NCBI GenBank assembly: GCA_013239625.1
Contig: MU054212.1
Location: forward strand, 5,180,270-5,244,269
Direction: 5' to 3'
DNA: 64,000 nucleotides
Source: Lama guanicoe
Taxonomy: Eukaryota
The notes below the pieces were generated by a model. It searched no databases. It was not told the origin of the DNA and worked only from the letters and a program-made list of their open reading frames with translations. The translations under genes were made by a program, and so were the position numbers. Every line of letters starts with the position of its first letter. The stretch's first letter is position 1. Shown in pieces: positions 38,391 through 51,306 of the stretch.

Positions 38391-41050
38391 TTTTCACCAC
38401 TGACAATATTGCATAAACTTCCATTTATGTATGTGCAGATATCTTCATATGATCATTCCCAGATTTAGGATTACAGGGAAAAGGATATATGCTTTTGTAA
38501 ATTTGACAGGTATTGCTAAAAATGTCTCCCAATGGAAGTTGAATAATTCACAATCACACCAGCTATATATGAGAGTCTGTTTCTGTTTTTATTTATTTAT
38601 GTATTCTTTCGGATGTGTATGTGTGTTTGTTGTATTTTTTTTTAATATGAAAGAGCTTGCTTTTTCCTTTTTCTGTTTGCTGTTGGTTTTGGGAATTTGA
38701 ACAAACTCACGTGAAAATAGAAAAGTTTCCTGATAAAAGGGGTATTCTAAAGGAATATGGATTAATTAATAATGTCACATCTTAAAAAGCCAGGTCAAGA
38801 TACCACTTATAAATATAGGAGCAAACGTGGTCCTAACATTGGTGAGGGAACTTCCATTTTAATGAAAGGAACAAGTGTGTGTAGATGCAGATAGGATTGC
38901 TGGTGTTTTGGAAACCAGAATTGGACTTTACTTCTCAATATATTTTACTTTCTTTGTGAAATGGAGGACTAGATCATCTATTGAGAATGAAAAGAGATTC
39001 GGGAAGAAAGGGAAGTGCAGAAGATAAAATATCTCCTCTAGGAAATGACAAGGAACATTGCCTAGTGAAACACAATTCGAAATCACTGTAAGACACCGAT
39101 CAAACAGGTGACCATGAATGTGTAGCGTCACCAGTTGGCTCTGGTGTGTGATTTTTCTCCAGCAACCTCCGAGGTCTATGTATGGATAGAGATTTACCGA
39201 ACACTAGATAGATGCTTGAGGGCAGGTGAGATGAAAAGATACCAGGTCAAGTTTGTTTAGAAATCTTCAAGGAGAGCTTGAAGTATTGGATTGTGAAATC
39301 TAAGCCAGAAAGAAAGAAAATGTGTTATAAATCTTTAAAGAGAATTTTGATTCCCTCCTTCCATTTAGTGCTATATACTATGGCCTGTATCATGCTATGT
39401 ATTATCAAAACACAACCTCTGCTATATTAGTTAAAATATATTTTGACTGATATCCTTAATTAACAAAACTCATGGAAGGTAACCACAGGGAATTAATTTT
39501 CCCCACACATACTCTTTAAATCTTCTATAAAGAGTAGTCTGTCATTTGTCTCAGGATGACACTCAGGCAGCCCGTCAACGTCACTGATCACTCTCAGTTT
39601 AAAAAAAATAATTGTAAGTTACAGACTGTCTCAATTCAGCCAATAATTAATACTATGAAGATGGCTTTTTTTTTTAACCAAGGTGCGGCTTGGTGTGCCT
39701 GAAGAGATTGTTGATTGTCTTTTTTCTTACTTATTTCCATCTTTACCACTAGATGCCATTTTCACCTTCTTGGGAAAAGCAGGAGGAGGGAAAGGTAGTA
39801 AGTGTAGCAGAAAGTTCTTTATTGAGTGTTATTTTCTAATCCCATTTGTGATCCCTGTGGCTGATCAAAATTTAAATCCATACTCTTCCCATGGGGTGTT
39901 TATTACTGTGGTCTTCAGAAAAGCCAGCAGTGCTATTGATCTTTTACTATTATTCCCTTAAACAGAGTGGATGTGGTTTTTTGATGTTTACTTGTTTGCG
40001 ATTGCCTCTAGGAATCAGATGATCAGTGGTCAGTCCCTAGCTTCTCCTCTGTTAAGACATGAAATACCTAATGATTCCCATGCAGCTTTTTCCTCTCTCC
40101 TGGAGATTGTCTTAGGGCCCCAGAAAACTCTCATACAGTCTTTATTCTACATTCAGTAGGAGTTCAGTTACTTCTCAACAAAGTCGTGTGTCTCTTTCAA
40201 TCTCTCTCTCTTCCCCTCTTTTATTTCTGTGTTTCCTGCATGTTTCATCAAGCCAACTGAAACGGCCTCTTGCTTTCAGACTTCTCAGCCATATATCAGA
40301 CACAAGTATGCCCCCCCAAATCCAGAGGCTATGTATTAAGCTCTTTTATTTATCCTATGGAAACCCATCGTCTTATCTTGAAGAGAAGGTGGTCTTGTTT
40401 TCTGTTGGAAAGTTGGATAGGTGTCATAGAAAACACATTTCTTCAAATAACCCTCTTTACAAATTTTCTTTCCTTCTAGTTTCTAATATTTAATATGAGT
40501 GTGTCTGGGCCATTCCTAGGCTGTGTGAGTCAATGAATTTTGTAGGGATTCTGTCTATAAAATCATTTTATTATAAATGTTACAAAATTCATAGGCCCAT
40601 GTGCTATATAATGATTTATCAATAAAGATTTAGAATAATGAGCAAAGAGAGAACTTACATTTTTGTTAATTGTCCAAGCAGATCATGTGAATACTATATG
40701 TACTATTCAGGCACCATCTCTTCCTCCTCAAGTCCTCAAATCCAAGCATTATCTTTTCATGTTCTTTTTTGTCAAACTCATCATTTATGGTTAATTTTAT
40801 ATCTTCTTTCCAAAGAAAAAGGTAGCAACACTGTAGTTTCACACAGTACTCTGGCTCTTTGGAAAATGTTTTTATCCAAACAATACAGATCTTCTTGCCT
40901 CTAAAGGTCTCCAATATTATGCATTTAATCTGATTTTATCATTATACATGATGCAGTATCATCCATCCTGCTGTACATAGACACTGGACATAGATACTAG
41001 AGAGGAACTTGGAAAATTTTGAGAATGGCATTCCAAAGTGTTGTGTCCCT

Positions 41051-41478
41051 ATATCAGTTTCCTAGAGCTGCTATAGCAAAGTAGCACAAATATGGGGGCT
41101 TAAAACAACAAAAATGTATTCCCTCACAGTTCTATAAGCTAGAAGCCTGAACTCAGTGTTTCCACAAAGCCATGCTCCCTCTAAAGGCTTTGGGGAAAAA
41201 TTCTTGCCCCTTCTAGTGTATGGTGGTTGCCGGCAATCTCTGATGCTCCTTGGCTGGTAGAGCATCACACCAATCTCTGCCTATGTCTTCTTTCTGTCTC
41301 TGTGTCCAAATTTTCTTCTTTTTATAAGGATATCATTATATGTTAGATTTGGGGGCACATGCTAATCCAGTGTGATCTCATCTTAACTTGATTATATCAG
41401 CAAACACCCTATTTACAAATAAGATCACATTCTGAGGATAGATATGAATTCTAGGGGGCTGTCTTCAACCCAGTTGCA
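41051..41478 (-). mobile_element. MLT1C-like MaLR LTR
   Basis: AGTTTCCTAGAGCTGCTATAGCAAAG...GGCTTAAAACAACA...CTCACAGTTCT...CCATGCTCCCTCT...CTCATCTTAACTTGATTA. Confidence 0.88.
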
Positions 41479-43497
41479 GTCTCTGAGGCACATGGCCCTA
41501 GATAAAGGACTCCACCTCTCTTACATGGGTGTGAGACAATGAGTTGTATAAAGGAATTTGCGGTATTTCTTTTATAAAATCAGCTTAATATGATCTGACT
41601 TACTCACTTGAAGTTTCACATCTCTTTTACCTTATTGCTGCACTCAGAACTTCCAAGTAAGTATCCCTTATGAGCATATATGTCCAGCCAATAATGAACT
41701 TACAATCATGTCAAGAAAACAATGTCTGTATAAGATAATTAAGAAGTAAATATATAAGTTATAACTAATAGGATAGTCAAGTAATATAAAAAATATTGCA
41801 ACCACAACATATTAAAATGTATGGGGTACAGCTAAAGATAGTAGATAGTGGTTAAACAACAGTGAATATGTGGGGAGAAAGCCCCACTAAACTGTACATT
41901 TTAACAGGGTGGCTTTTTTGATATGTGAATTTTATCTCAGTAAAGCTATTTTTAAAATGATGTAAGAATTGTCAGCCTGAGGTGAGGTTAATTGAAGCCC
42001 ACCTTTTAGAGTAAAACCAATCTAAGATATCCTCAAGAAATTGAAAAATATAAACTGAAAATTATAAATTAGTTTTTAAAATATCTATAACCTAAGGGGT
42101 GTGTGTGTGGGTGTGTGTGTATAAAATTCCTTTTTTTGGAAATAAGTTTCATATTTTAAAAGCTGAATGGTTCAGAAATTTTGCTATTTGATTTTACACA
42201 AATACTAACATAAATTTATATCTAATAAGTGAATAATAATTTTCCTCTCAACTTATACATATTATAGCCTGAGGGGAGATTACGAATCTTCAAATTATCA
42301 AAGATAAGCAGTCTAATTCTTCATAAGACACAGATTGAAACCGTGTTTTGCTTCCATCAAGAAAACGTATTGTTACCGAGTTGAAGAGAGATGAAGTCAG
42401 GGTAGAGAGGGCATTGTTATTAGGTTGTAATCTTATTTAACATCTCTGTTAATCATCTCGTGGGGAAAGAGATGCAGGCTAATGAAACTTAAATCACAAT
42501 AAATTGTAAAGTGTTTTAACACCAATTAGTGCAGAAATGATAAAAAGGGACCTTAAGTGATTAAAGGGCACCCACAAAATGAAATTCTACTTGGAAAGCA
42601 TAAAATGGTTGGCAAGTAGCCCTTGAAAGTAAAAACCAAAATGTGTAACTGTTTTTAAGGTCACCACTCGAAAGATAAGTGAAGGATATTTAGTGAAACT
42701 CAAGAAGTCCTTACTTTTTGCAATGTTAATTTCAATGTCAGTTTTTGCATTTTAATTTAGTGTCATTTTAAATTTTGAAGTACAACATCTTTTCTCACTA
42801 GAAAGCTTATGGAATTCATGGACATGCCCTTGGATTCATATTTTTCTGAGTTTATGCATCACATTGGACTTAAGTTATGCTTCAGTAATAAACAAATGAA
42901 AATTGCCAGATCTCAGAGGATTGATAGAATCAATGCCTTGGACACACAGAGTGCAAAGTAGATCTGGGTGTTTCCTTAGGGCAACTTCCCTTGATATGTC
43001 TAGTCAGTGATCCCTCCAACCATACTAGGGCTGGGAAATAGTCTTGCGTATGTTCCTAAGTGGAGAGAATCGTGGACACTGGTAAGCATGCTGACTTGGT
43101 AGGTCACGGTAGAGCCTGACTCTGCACCAAACCTGATTCCTTTTCTTGTTGGGTACTTGCCTTGATGAAATTGCCCACCTTGCACTGTGGCATTGTTACT
43201 GATTTCCAACAATGAAATATGAGTAGTGATAAATCTTATTCCCAACCCTGGTTCATACACAATCCCTCAAATTCATTCCTCTCCCACCATCTTGATTCAG
43301 GTAAGCACCAGGCCCCTTGAAGTCATATGTTAAAGACGGACCAGACCCAAGATGAGAAGAATCTGGATCCCCGCTGAATTAGTTCTCGAAGGAGGCAGCC
43401 ACAATAAGGAACATTCATTACTTAACATTAGTAATTGAGGAATAAATTTTTATCTTGTTTAAGCCACAATGTTTATAGTTTATGTGATGTAGCTTCC

Positions 43498-43672
43498 TCA
43501 TGTCCTCAATTCTATGTTCATTCTTCTTTTTCTCCCCAAACTTAACACTTCTGAAGTTAGGATGCATCATACAATCAAAGGTGTCTTAAATATATATGCT
43601 AGCACTTCTTACTTCATTATAAAGTAATGTTAGTTTCCACAATCAACAGTGTATTAGAGTTTATGAAATTTA
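43498..43672. mobile_element. MER104-like TcMar-Tc2 element
   Basis: AACACTTCTGAAGTTAGGATGCATCATACAATC...TATTAGAGTTTATGAAAT. Confidence 0.55.
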
Positions 43673-44169
43673 GTAGCATTCCATAGGTCATCTTGATTTC
43701 AAAATTCATCATCTTAACTGCTGCTTACATTGTATATCCCCTAAGTTATGGACTGCATTGTGTAAAATAGTTATTTGCTTCGTAGTATTATGGTTTGTTA
43801 CCAGATTTCATTTCAGAGTGTTTCTTCCTTCCTGCTCAGCAATTCACCTGGAAAAACATGAACCTTATCATAGACATCTTTTTAAATTGCATTGCAGTGG
43901 TGTAGGCACAAATTGATTTTTTAAAATGTATTTTCTACTCTTTAGAAAATCTGAAACCCATGATATAAATTGAAAATATTCTACATATTTTCCAGAAAAA
44001 AAGCTGCCCAGTGATCACAAATGGAATAAGGTTTGGCTCAAATTAAAATAATTTCTACTATAAATTAAAGTTTAAGTACACATGGTGGTAAAGACCACAA
44101 AGAGGTATAATACACGTAACAATGAAGACTGAATGACCATTTGTTACAGTGGGCTAATTCTGCCATTGG

Positions 44170-44372
44170 GCAGTAGCAACATAGTTAGTGTGAAAAGAAT
44201 ATGGACCTTGACTCCTGGCTCTGTAATGTACTGGCTTTGTGAACCTGGGGATGGTATTTAAGCCTACCAAACCTTGTTTACTCATCTGTAAAATTACAAT
44301 ATTTTATTTTATAAGATTATTCTAAGGATAAAAATGGACATATTAAAAATAGGTGCCCAGTAAATGCTAGAT
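44170..44372 (+). mobile_element. MIR SINE
   Basis: CCTGGCTCTGTAATGTACTGGCTTTGTGAACCTGGG...CTCATCTGTAAAAT. Confidence 0.75.
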
Positions 44373-45419
44373 CATTTCCTCCATCCCCTTTGACTTTCAG
44401 GATTTTCAGTTACTTTTACGTTTGTCTGATTTATGACTTAAACAGATGAAAGTGAATGCAAAATTAGCTGCAGTCTCACATTGCTGGCTTCAATGAAAAC
44501 GTAGAAGCAAAACTAAACCTTTTCCTGTGTGCCTCATTAGCTCAGTAAAATCTGATTTTCTCTAATTTCTTTCACTTCCTATGGGAAAGATGAAGTGATT
44601 ACTGGAATTCATAGTCACATTTCACAATTTTTTCATATCTCTCTGGGTTTTTCCTTTGTAAGATAAAACCTGAATTTGAGTTTGATTTTGGACCATGTAG
44701 GTGAGGGGAATGTGATGGTTTATTTTGAGGGGAAATGGCAGAAATTTCACTCACTCGTTTGTAAAATTTTCTCAGAGTTGCTAAAAATCTCACAAAACAA
44801 CTGGGCACATTATCATATCTGCGAACAAAGAAAAAGGCTATTTCCTAGAAAAGAGACCATAGCAACTCCTCTGGGGTAGGTACACTTCTGTCTTTCTTAA
44901 ATGGGGGAAAATAAACCGCTGAATTGGATGGCAAGATACCTGTGAGAAAACCTCCTATTTATTGTAGGCTGGCAGATGTAACAAGAAAGTCTGTTCCTTT
45001 TTACAAATAGTTATGATGGTGTTCTTCCACAATGCTAGCAGTTTGCAGTCATCTCAGATCCTATGATACACTGGTGCTAAGAAATTCAGAAGAGTAGCAA
45101 CGTTCTTTTTCAAAATGTATTAATGGAGGAACAATCACAGCAGAAGTTTTTCACTGAAGATCAGGATCTGGAAAAAGAGATATCACTGCATTCTGGGTAT
45201 GATTTAAGGGCAAAACAATGATTATAATGAGTTTCTTCTTTTGGAAGAAATACTAATTTGAGGAACTGTCTAAGTAAGCTTGTGAACTCTCAATATTGGA
45301 ATAAGGGAACATTAGGAAAAGTTGGCAATAACTATGAATTCATTAGATGAGGACTTTGGAGTATTATTTGGATGTTAAAAAAGTAAGACAGACACTGAAA
45401 ACATTAGTTCTATCATTTC

Positions 45420-47610
45420 TTAAGTAAAGTTTTTATTAAAGCATAATATATATAATCTACATAATAACTATATATACATACACACAAGTGCAGGAATGAT
45501 AACTGTATCAATCACTTAGTTTTCATGACTGAGCAGAATCATGTGATCAACAGTCAGAGCATGAAACAGAACATTATCACATACTCTCCATTATCCTGTT
45601 TAGTCACTGTCTCCCCTCAAAACACACCATCCTTTTAACATCTCTTGGTTTGGCTAGTATTCAACTTCATATAAATGGAATTACATAGTTTATAATTATA
45701 TAAAATTATATAATCTCAAACTATAGTTTGAGATTAATCCATGTACTAGTTTATTCACTTCCACTGATTTCTAATATTCCATTAAATTAATACACAATGT
45801 CTTTATCCATTATACTACTGCTGGACATTAGGTTTGTTTCCATTTTGGGGTCCTTTCAAATAGTATTGCTTTGAATATTCTTCTGAATGCTTTTTGTGAA
45901 CAAATATGCACAATTCAATATGTAGGTATATACCTAGGGATACATTATTGAGTCATAATGTATGTATATGCTTAGTCTTTAAGATACAGTTAAATTTCCA
46001 ACATGATTATACCAATGTGTACTAATGCCAGCAGCATATGATAGCTCTTACCAACTACTTATGAAACCGTTTTTTAAATGTTATTCAGTTTAATAGAAAT
46101 GTGATAATAAACTTAGTTTTTACTTTGCACCTCTTACTTTTGATGACATTCAATGTCTTTTCTTACATTTATTGACTCTTTGAATGTGTGTACTCTTCTG
46201 TAAAGTTCCTGTCCCAGTCTTTCACTCATTTTCCTGTTTGGTTGTTTGCTATGTACTGATATGTAGTTCTTCTATTTTCTGAAAATTAAGTTAAGCTTGA
46301 CACTGTTGAATTACTGATCAACCTAGGAAAACTGACATCTTTACAACTATTGTCGTGGTTCATGCTTTCACTTATTCAGGGCTCTTAAAATTTCTCTAAT
46401 AAAAATATATAGATTCCTCTGAAGAAGTTTTGCACATCTTTCTTTGAATATATTCCTTAAGTACCTGTGATTTTTAATACTAGTTTAAATGGTAATTTTG
46501 TATTTGATTTTCTTGCCCTTTTTTTTCTGTGCTATCCTTATATCTAAATACTTTGCCAAATTTACTGATAAATTTTTACAGCTTGTTTATTATTCTGTAT
46601 TTTCTAAGAACATCATGTCTTATGTGAATAATGGCAATTTTACTTTTTCCTTTTCAATTCTTGTACCGTACATTTTTCTCTGGTTGTACTGCTCTGAATA
46701 CAACCTCCAATGGAATGTGGAATGATGGTGGTGAGAGCAGACATCTGTGGGGTTTTTTGTCCAGTCTTTAATGGAAATTCTTCAAAATTTTATTACAAAT
46801 TGTATTTTTGGTTGATTAGTAATGACGTTAAGAAAGTTCCTTATAATTCTTGTATGCTAAGTTTATTTTTTAAAATATAAATGATACGACATTTTATAAA
46901 TGTTTTCTTATGTCTGTTGAAATGATCATATTTTTTCTTCAATATCTCTGCTACTGTGGTTAAATATGTTGGTAGAGTTTTGACTGCTAACCCAAAATTT
47001 TCTTTTGTGTAAAAAGTGCAAGGAAATTATGGTGTATACTCATGTTTTATACATTACTAGATTCTATTTGCTTATAATTGATTTAGGATTTTACATTTAT
47101 GTTCATGAGAGAGTTTGGTTTCTAATTTTATCTTTCAATGTCCCCATTAGACTTTGGTTTCAAAATTATGCTGGCCTCATGAAATGGAGTAGGAAATATT
47201 TCCTGTGTTTCCATTTTCTAAAATAACTTTTTAAAATATTGGTGTTATTTGTATCTTAAATGTTTCACTGAATCACCATTAAACTGTATGGATCTGGTGA
47301 TGTTTTATAATAATGTTTTAAAATACAAATTTAATATCTTTAGTAAATATAAGAGAGTTATGATTTTCTTTTTACTCCTGTTTCTATTTTGGCAAATTTA
47401 TCTTTTTTGCTCCTCAATCTTTCTTAAATTTCTCTGTTCGCAGATCATACTCATTCTGCCTGAGAATTCCTTTTAGTGTTTTTAAGTATCATCCTACTTG
47501 TGCCAGATACTAGTAATATATATAGCTTAAAATCATTTCATTTTGCTCTCATTTTTATAATTTTTTTCGGGACATAGAATTATAGTTATCCAATTTAGCA
47601 CTTTATTGAT
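45420..47610 (-). mobile_element. old L1 (L1ME/MB-like) 3'/ORF2 fragments
   Basis: CTTCATATAAATGGAAT, TTTATCCATT, TATATACCTAGG, AAAACTGACATCTTTACAA, TTATGCTGGCCTCATGAAATG antisense L1 motifs. Confidence 0.8.
45711..45736. repeat. perfect 26-bp palindrome
   Basis: TAATCTCAAACTATAGTTTGAGATTA equals its own reverse complement. Confidence 0.95.
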
Positions 47611-48124
47611 TGCAAAATGGATAGGAGGGGTGGACTTGAGACATAATCAAATCCAGAAATGCTAAAATTTTAAAATAATGTGACATTATAGACACTTCTC
47701 CAGCCTTCTGTGTTTTGGTGCCAAGCATTGTCATTAATTATATATAACTATAATATAATTATGTAATTCAAACAACACACGTTATTATTCAAATTTTGTA
47801 TATTTAAGGTTTTCATTGTTCTCTGTATTTTCTTGCATTTCCGTGATTCTGTTCAGGGTAAGTGAGAGAAATTAGAACTTCAACATAGGAGATAAATCAA
47901 AGAAATTGGGAAGGAAAAGAAAGAGTATTAAAATCCACTGATTTACTACTACATGTCAGGGAGTGTGTACTGTGTTAGTGACAATAAAACTAATCCTTCA
48001 TTCCCTGCATGCCATGAGCCAGGCACTCTCCTAATTCTTTACGTGCAGTACACCTTTAAAGCTTCAGAGAAACCTTCTAGAATTTGGTTTATCCTCTTTT
48101 ATGATAGATGGAATTTAGGTAAAA

Positions 48125-48450
48125 CTCACCTTTCAGTCAACAAATATATATTGTGTACTTTTATGTGCTAGGAACTGTGTGAAGTGCTGGGGATGTAGCA
48201 AAGAAGCAGATAGGTCAAATCTCAGTCATTGTGGTGGTTACCTCCTGGTGTGAAGAGATAGGCGATAAAAACAAAAAGTTAATATATGAATGATCCTATG
48301 ATGTAAGAAATGATGATATGTGCTATGGAGGAAAATAAAGTATACATTTGCTTTGCTATATGTGTAGGATGTTAAGAGATGACCTCAGTGACAGAGCTTT
48401 ACATGAGCAAATTCATGAAGAAAATATCAGGCTCTAAAAATCTGTTAGGG
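48125..48450 (-). mobile_element. L2 LINE 3' fragment
   Basis: TCAACAAATATATATTG...TATGTGCTAGGAACTGTGTGAAGTGCTGGGGAT. Confidence 0.7.
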
Positions 48451-49128
48451 CTCAGAAAAGTTAAAAATTTAAAAAACGAATAAAATGCTGAGTCAGTCCC
48501 CCAATTACAAACTCTAGGCGTATTCCCCTGGTCCATAGAGGCAGGAAGACTAGAGATAGGGAAAAAAAAAAATCAGACCTCGAGGTAATTTTAGCCTTTC
48601 TCAGATTAATATTTTCTAAACCTATCACTCTTTGTTTCCATATCTCATCTATTCTGCTCCTTTGCTCAATGGCAAGGAAAATACTTATTTCTTAAAATTG
48701 ATATCATTTATAAGATGTCCCAAAAATCTTTAATGCAGCTTTAAGTTTGATGGATAGATCTACCTACATATTCATATAAATAATCAATTTTTAATGTTGT
48801 ATATGAGGAAACAAAATATAGATATTTCAGATTTACTCAAATTTATACTTAAGAATCTTTCTCTGTTTCCTTGTAATCAGAGTCAATCAATACCAATTTA
48901 AAATGCATACATTGGTGACAGAAAGCAGTGAGCTTTACTTTTATGTGAGGAGGAAAATAAATTGTGTTTTACAGCATCTCCTATTTTCATACATTTTTTT
49001 CTGTAGCTCTCCCAAAACTTCACCAAAAGCTATTTCGTGAAAAAAAAATCTTATTGCAGTGGGGAGGGAAGAGAGTGAGGAACTAATGAAAAGAAGCTGA
49101 ATTCCATCAGAGACTAACATACAGTAGG

Positions 49129-49335
49129 TAGGGTTGTCAGATAAAATACAGAAACCCAGTCAAATGTATCAAATAAATTACAAAGTAAGCAACAAGTGAG
49201 TTTTATGTATAGGTATGCCCCAAATATTGCATGAAGCAGATTTATACTAAAAAAAAAATAATAAACTCATTTTTATCTGAAATCCAAATTTAGCTTAAAA
49301 CGGTGTATTTCTATTTACTAAATATGGCAACGCTA
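49129..49335. mobile_element. MER53 hAT MITE
   Basis: Terminal inverted repeats TAGGGTTGTCAGAT / ATATGGCAACGCTA, internal TATGCCCCAAATATTGCATG, partly matching 8-bp flanks ACAGTAGG/GTAATAGG. Confidence 0.8.
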
Positions 49336-50844
49336 GTAATAGGAACAGCTCATAAGATGATCCCGAAATTGACCCAATTCAGCAGAAAGAGAATTGGAAT
49401 CAGAAGGAAAATAGACTTCCAGAAAGTAGGCTGTCTTACTACCTTCTGCGACTTCAGGAGTTTTGGATGTCCAAAAGAAGTAGGTGGGCTATTAGTTGTG
49501 GGGAGAGGAGGGAGTTGATACAATCTAATCTAGCTATTCGGGGTGGGGGCAGGACATTTCACATGAAATTTGAATTACTTTTACATAAGAAAACTTTATA
49601 ATAGCAATTACTTTAAAAGCAATATGTTGACTGTTTCCTAGTTTTGATTAATTGATTGAACCTGAATATCTCATCTTAATCTCCTTTCATAAATACTTTG
49701 AAAGATTTTTCTAGCTCTATTTTTCTATTTTCTAGAGATAAATCCACTCATAATTGCCCCTTGCAGATGCCAGAGCACCCTTAAGTACCACCTAACTACC
49801 CTATCTCCAAAAGCTTCTAAAATGAACAGTTTTAATGATCATTGTTAATTATGTTGATTCTTATATAAATGTAATTATCACTTTCATATTATACTTTAGA
49901 ATATATCCCATATCTGCTTACCAGTTGATATTTTCAAATACAAATAAATATGTATGCATAAAACCGTGCTGAAGTTATATACATTTAAAGTAAAAATGGT
50001 TTTACTGTACTTGTGGATAAACTCTTCAGTACTTGAAACCATATTGTGCAATGTGTTATGTAGATCTAGACTCCAAGTTAAAAAGTGTTTATTAACAGTA
50101 CTAAAGATGTAAGAACAAATAAAACAATGCAATAAACACAGAAGTAATTTTACAAAATTATAAAATTACATTGTTACCATGTTGAAATGATTAAAACATT
50201 GGCACAAATTAATATGACATACAGAATTCTTTGCCAGTTAAGTATTATTTGGATATATTTATTGGTTGTGTTTCTTTATCATTTAGTCATTTTTATTGAG
50301 AATAACTAGAAGGGTGATCCAAATCTGAGATTAAACTTAGGTTATTCACTTTTCTTTTGCCATGTCATATGCATTTCTTAGCCATGTAAAATTTCATCAC
50401 TTGAGTACATTGTTTAAAATTCTTCACAACTATAATAAAACTATACAACTTGATGAAAACCCAGACTATATGGAGGCAACTATAATTATTAGCAACTATC
50501 AAATAGAAATTGCTTAACAAACTTGTTTTTACACAGCAGTAGAGGCTTTGAGTACACTAAGCTTGTCAAAAATGTTTAAAGGCAGTTTGCATTTATATTC
50601 CAGTGCACTGCTTCTAAAGGTCATTTTTCTAAAGCATGAACAAAAAGACAAAAAGACAAAGAAGATCCGTTTATTCTCATATTATCCTTTCATCAAAACT
50701 AGGACTGAATTGCCATAGGGAAATATGATGTCGGTGACATTTTCTAAGACAGTGACATCTATTTTACCTGGAGCTTTTAATATTTTAGATTTAAGAGGTA
50801 GAAGAAGAAAATAATATATAACATTTAATATTGTGCCACTCTCT

Positions 50845-51306
50845 GTTTGTGTCATTCAGGCTCGCCACAGGAAACAGATGTCACACTCAAACAGGTTGTG
50901 TTTAAAAATGTATCTGAGGAAGTATTAATAAAATGTGGGCAATTAAGAAGACCAAAAAGTTTGGGTGAAGCAACTCAGGGCTAGCTAGAACTGTTAATGG
51001 TCGTATATCTGAAGAGGTAAGAGGCTTGAGCAGTTGCGAGAACTGGGATACGTAACTGTAGTTGTAAGAGGGGGCTCCCAGGAGGAGCTATAGTGTTTAA
51101 CAGACAACAGGAGCCAATGTATAGTGTACCCTAATCTCAGTCCCCTCTTTCTGTCGTATCTTCTGCAAGTGTTTCCCACTGATTAAATCCAACCCTAAGG
51201 GAAAGGAGCTCATTGATGCATTCTATAAAGTTAACTTCCCAGGAAAGAAAAAGGTGGGAAAGGGTGAGGAGGAGATCTGGAGATGCAAACAAAAACAGAC
51301 AGCACA
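50845..51306 (-). mobile_element. LTR33-like ERVL 3' LTR
   Basis: CAGGAAACAGATGTCACACTCAAA at the left; minus strand starts TGTGCTG at 51306, directly after the polypurine tract AAAAGGAGTGGAC. Confidence 0.75.
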
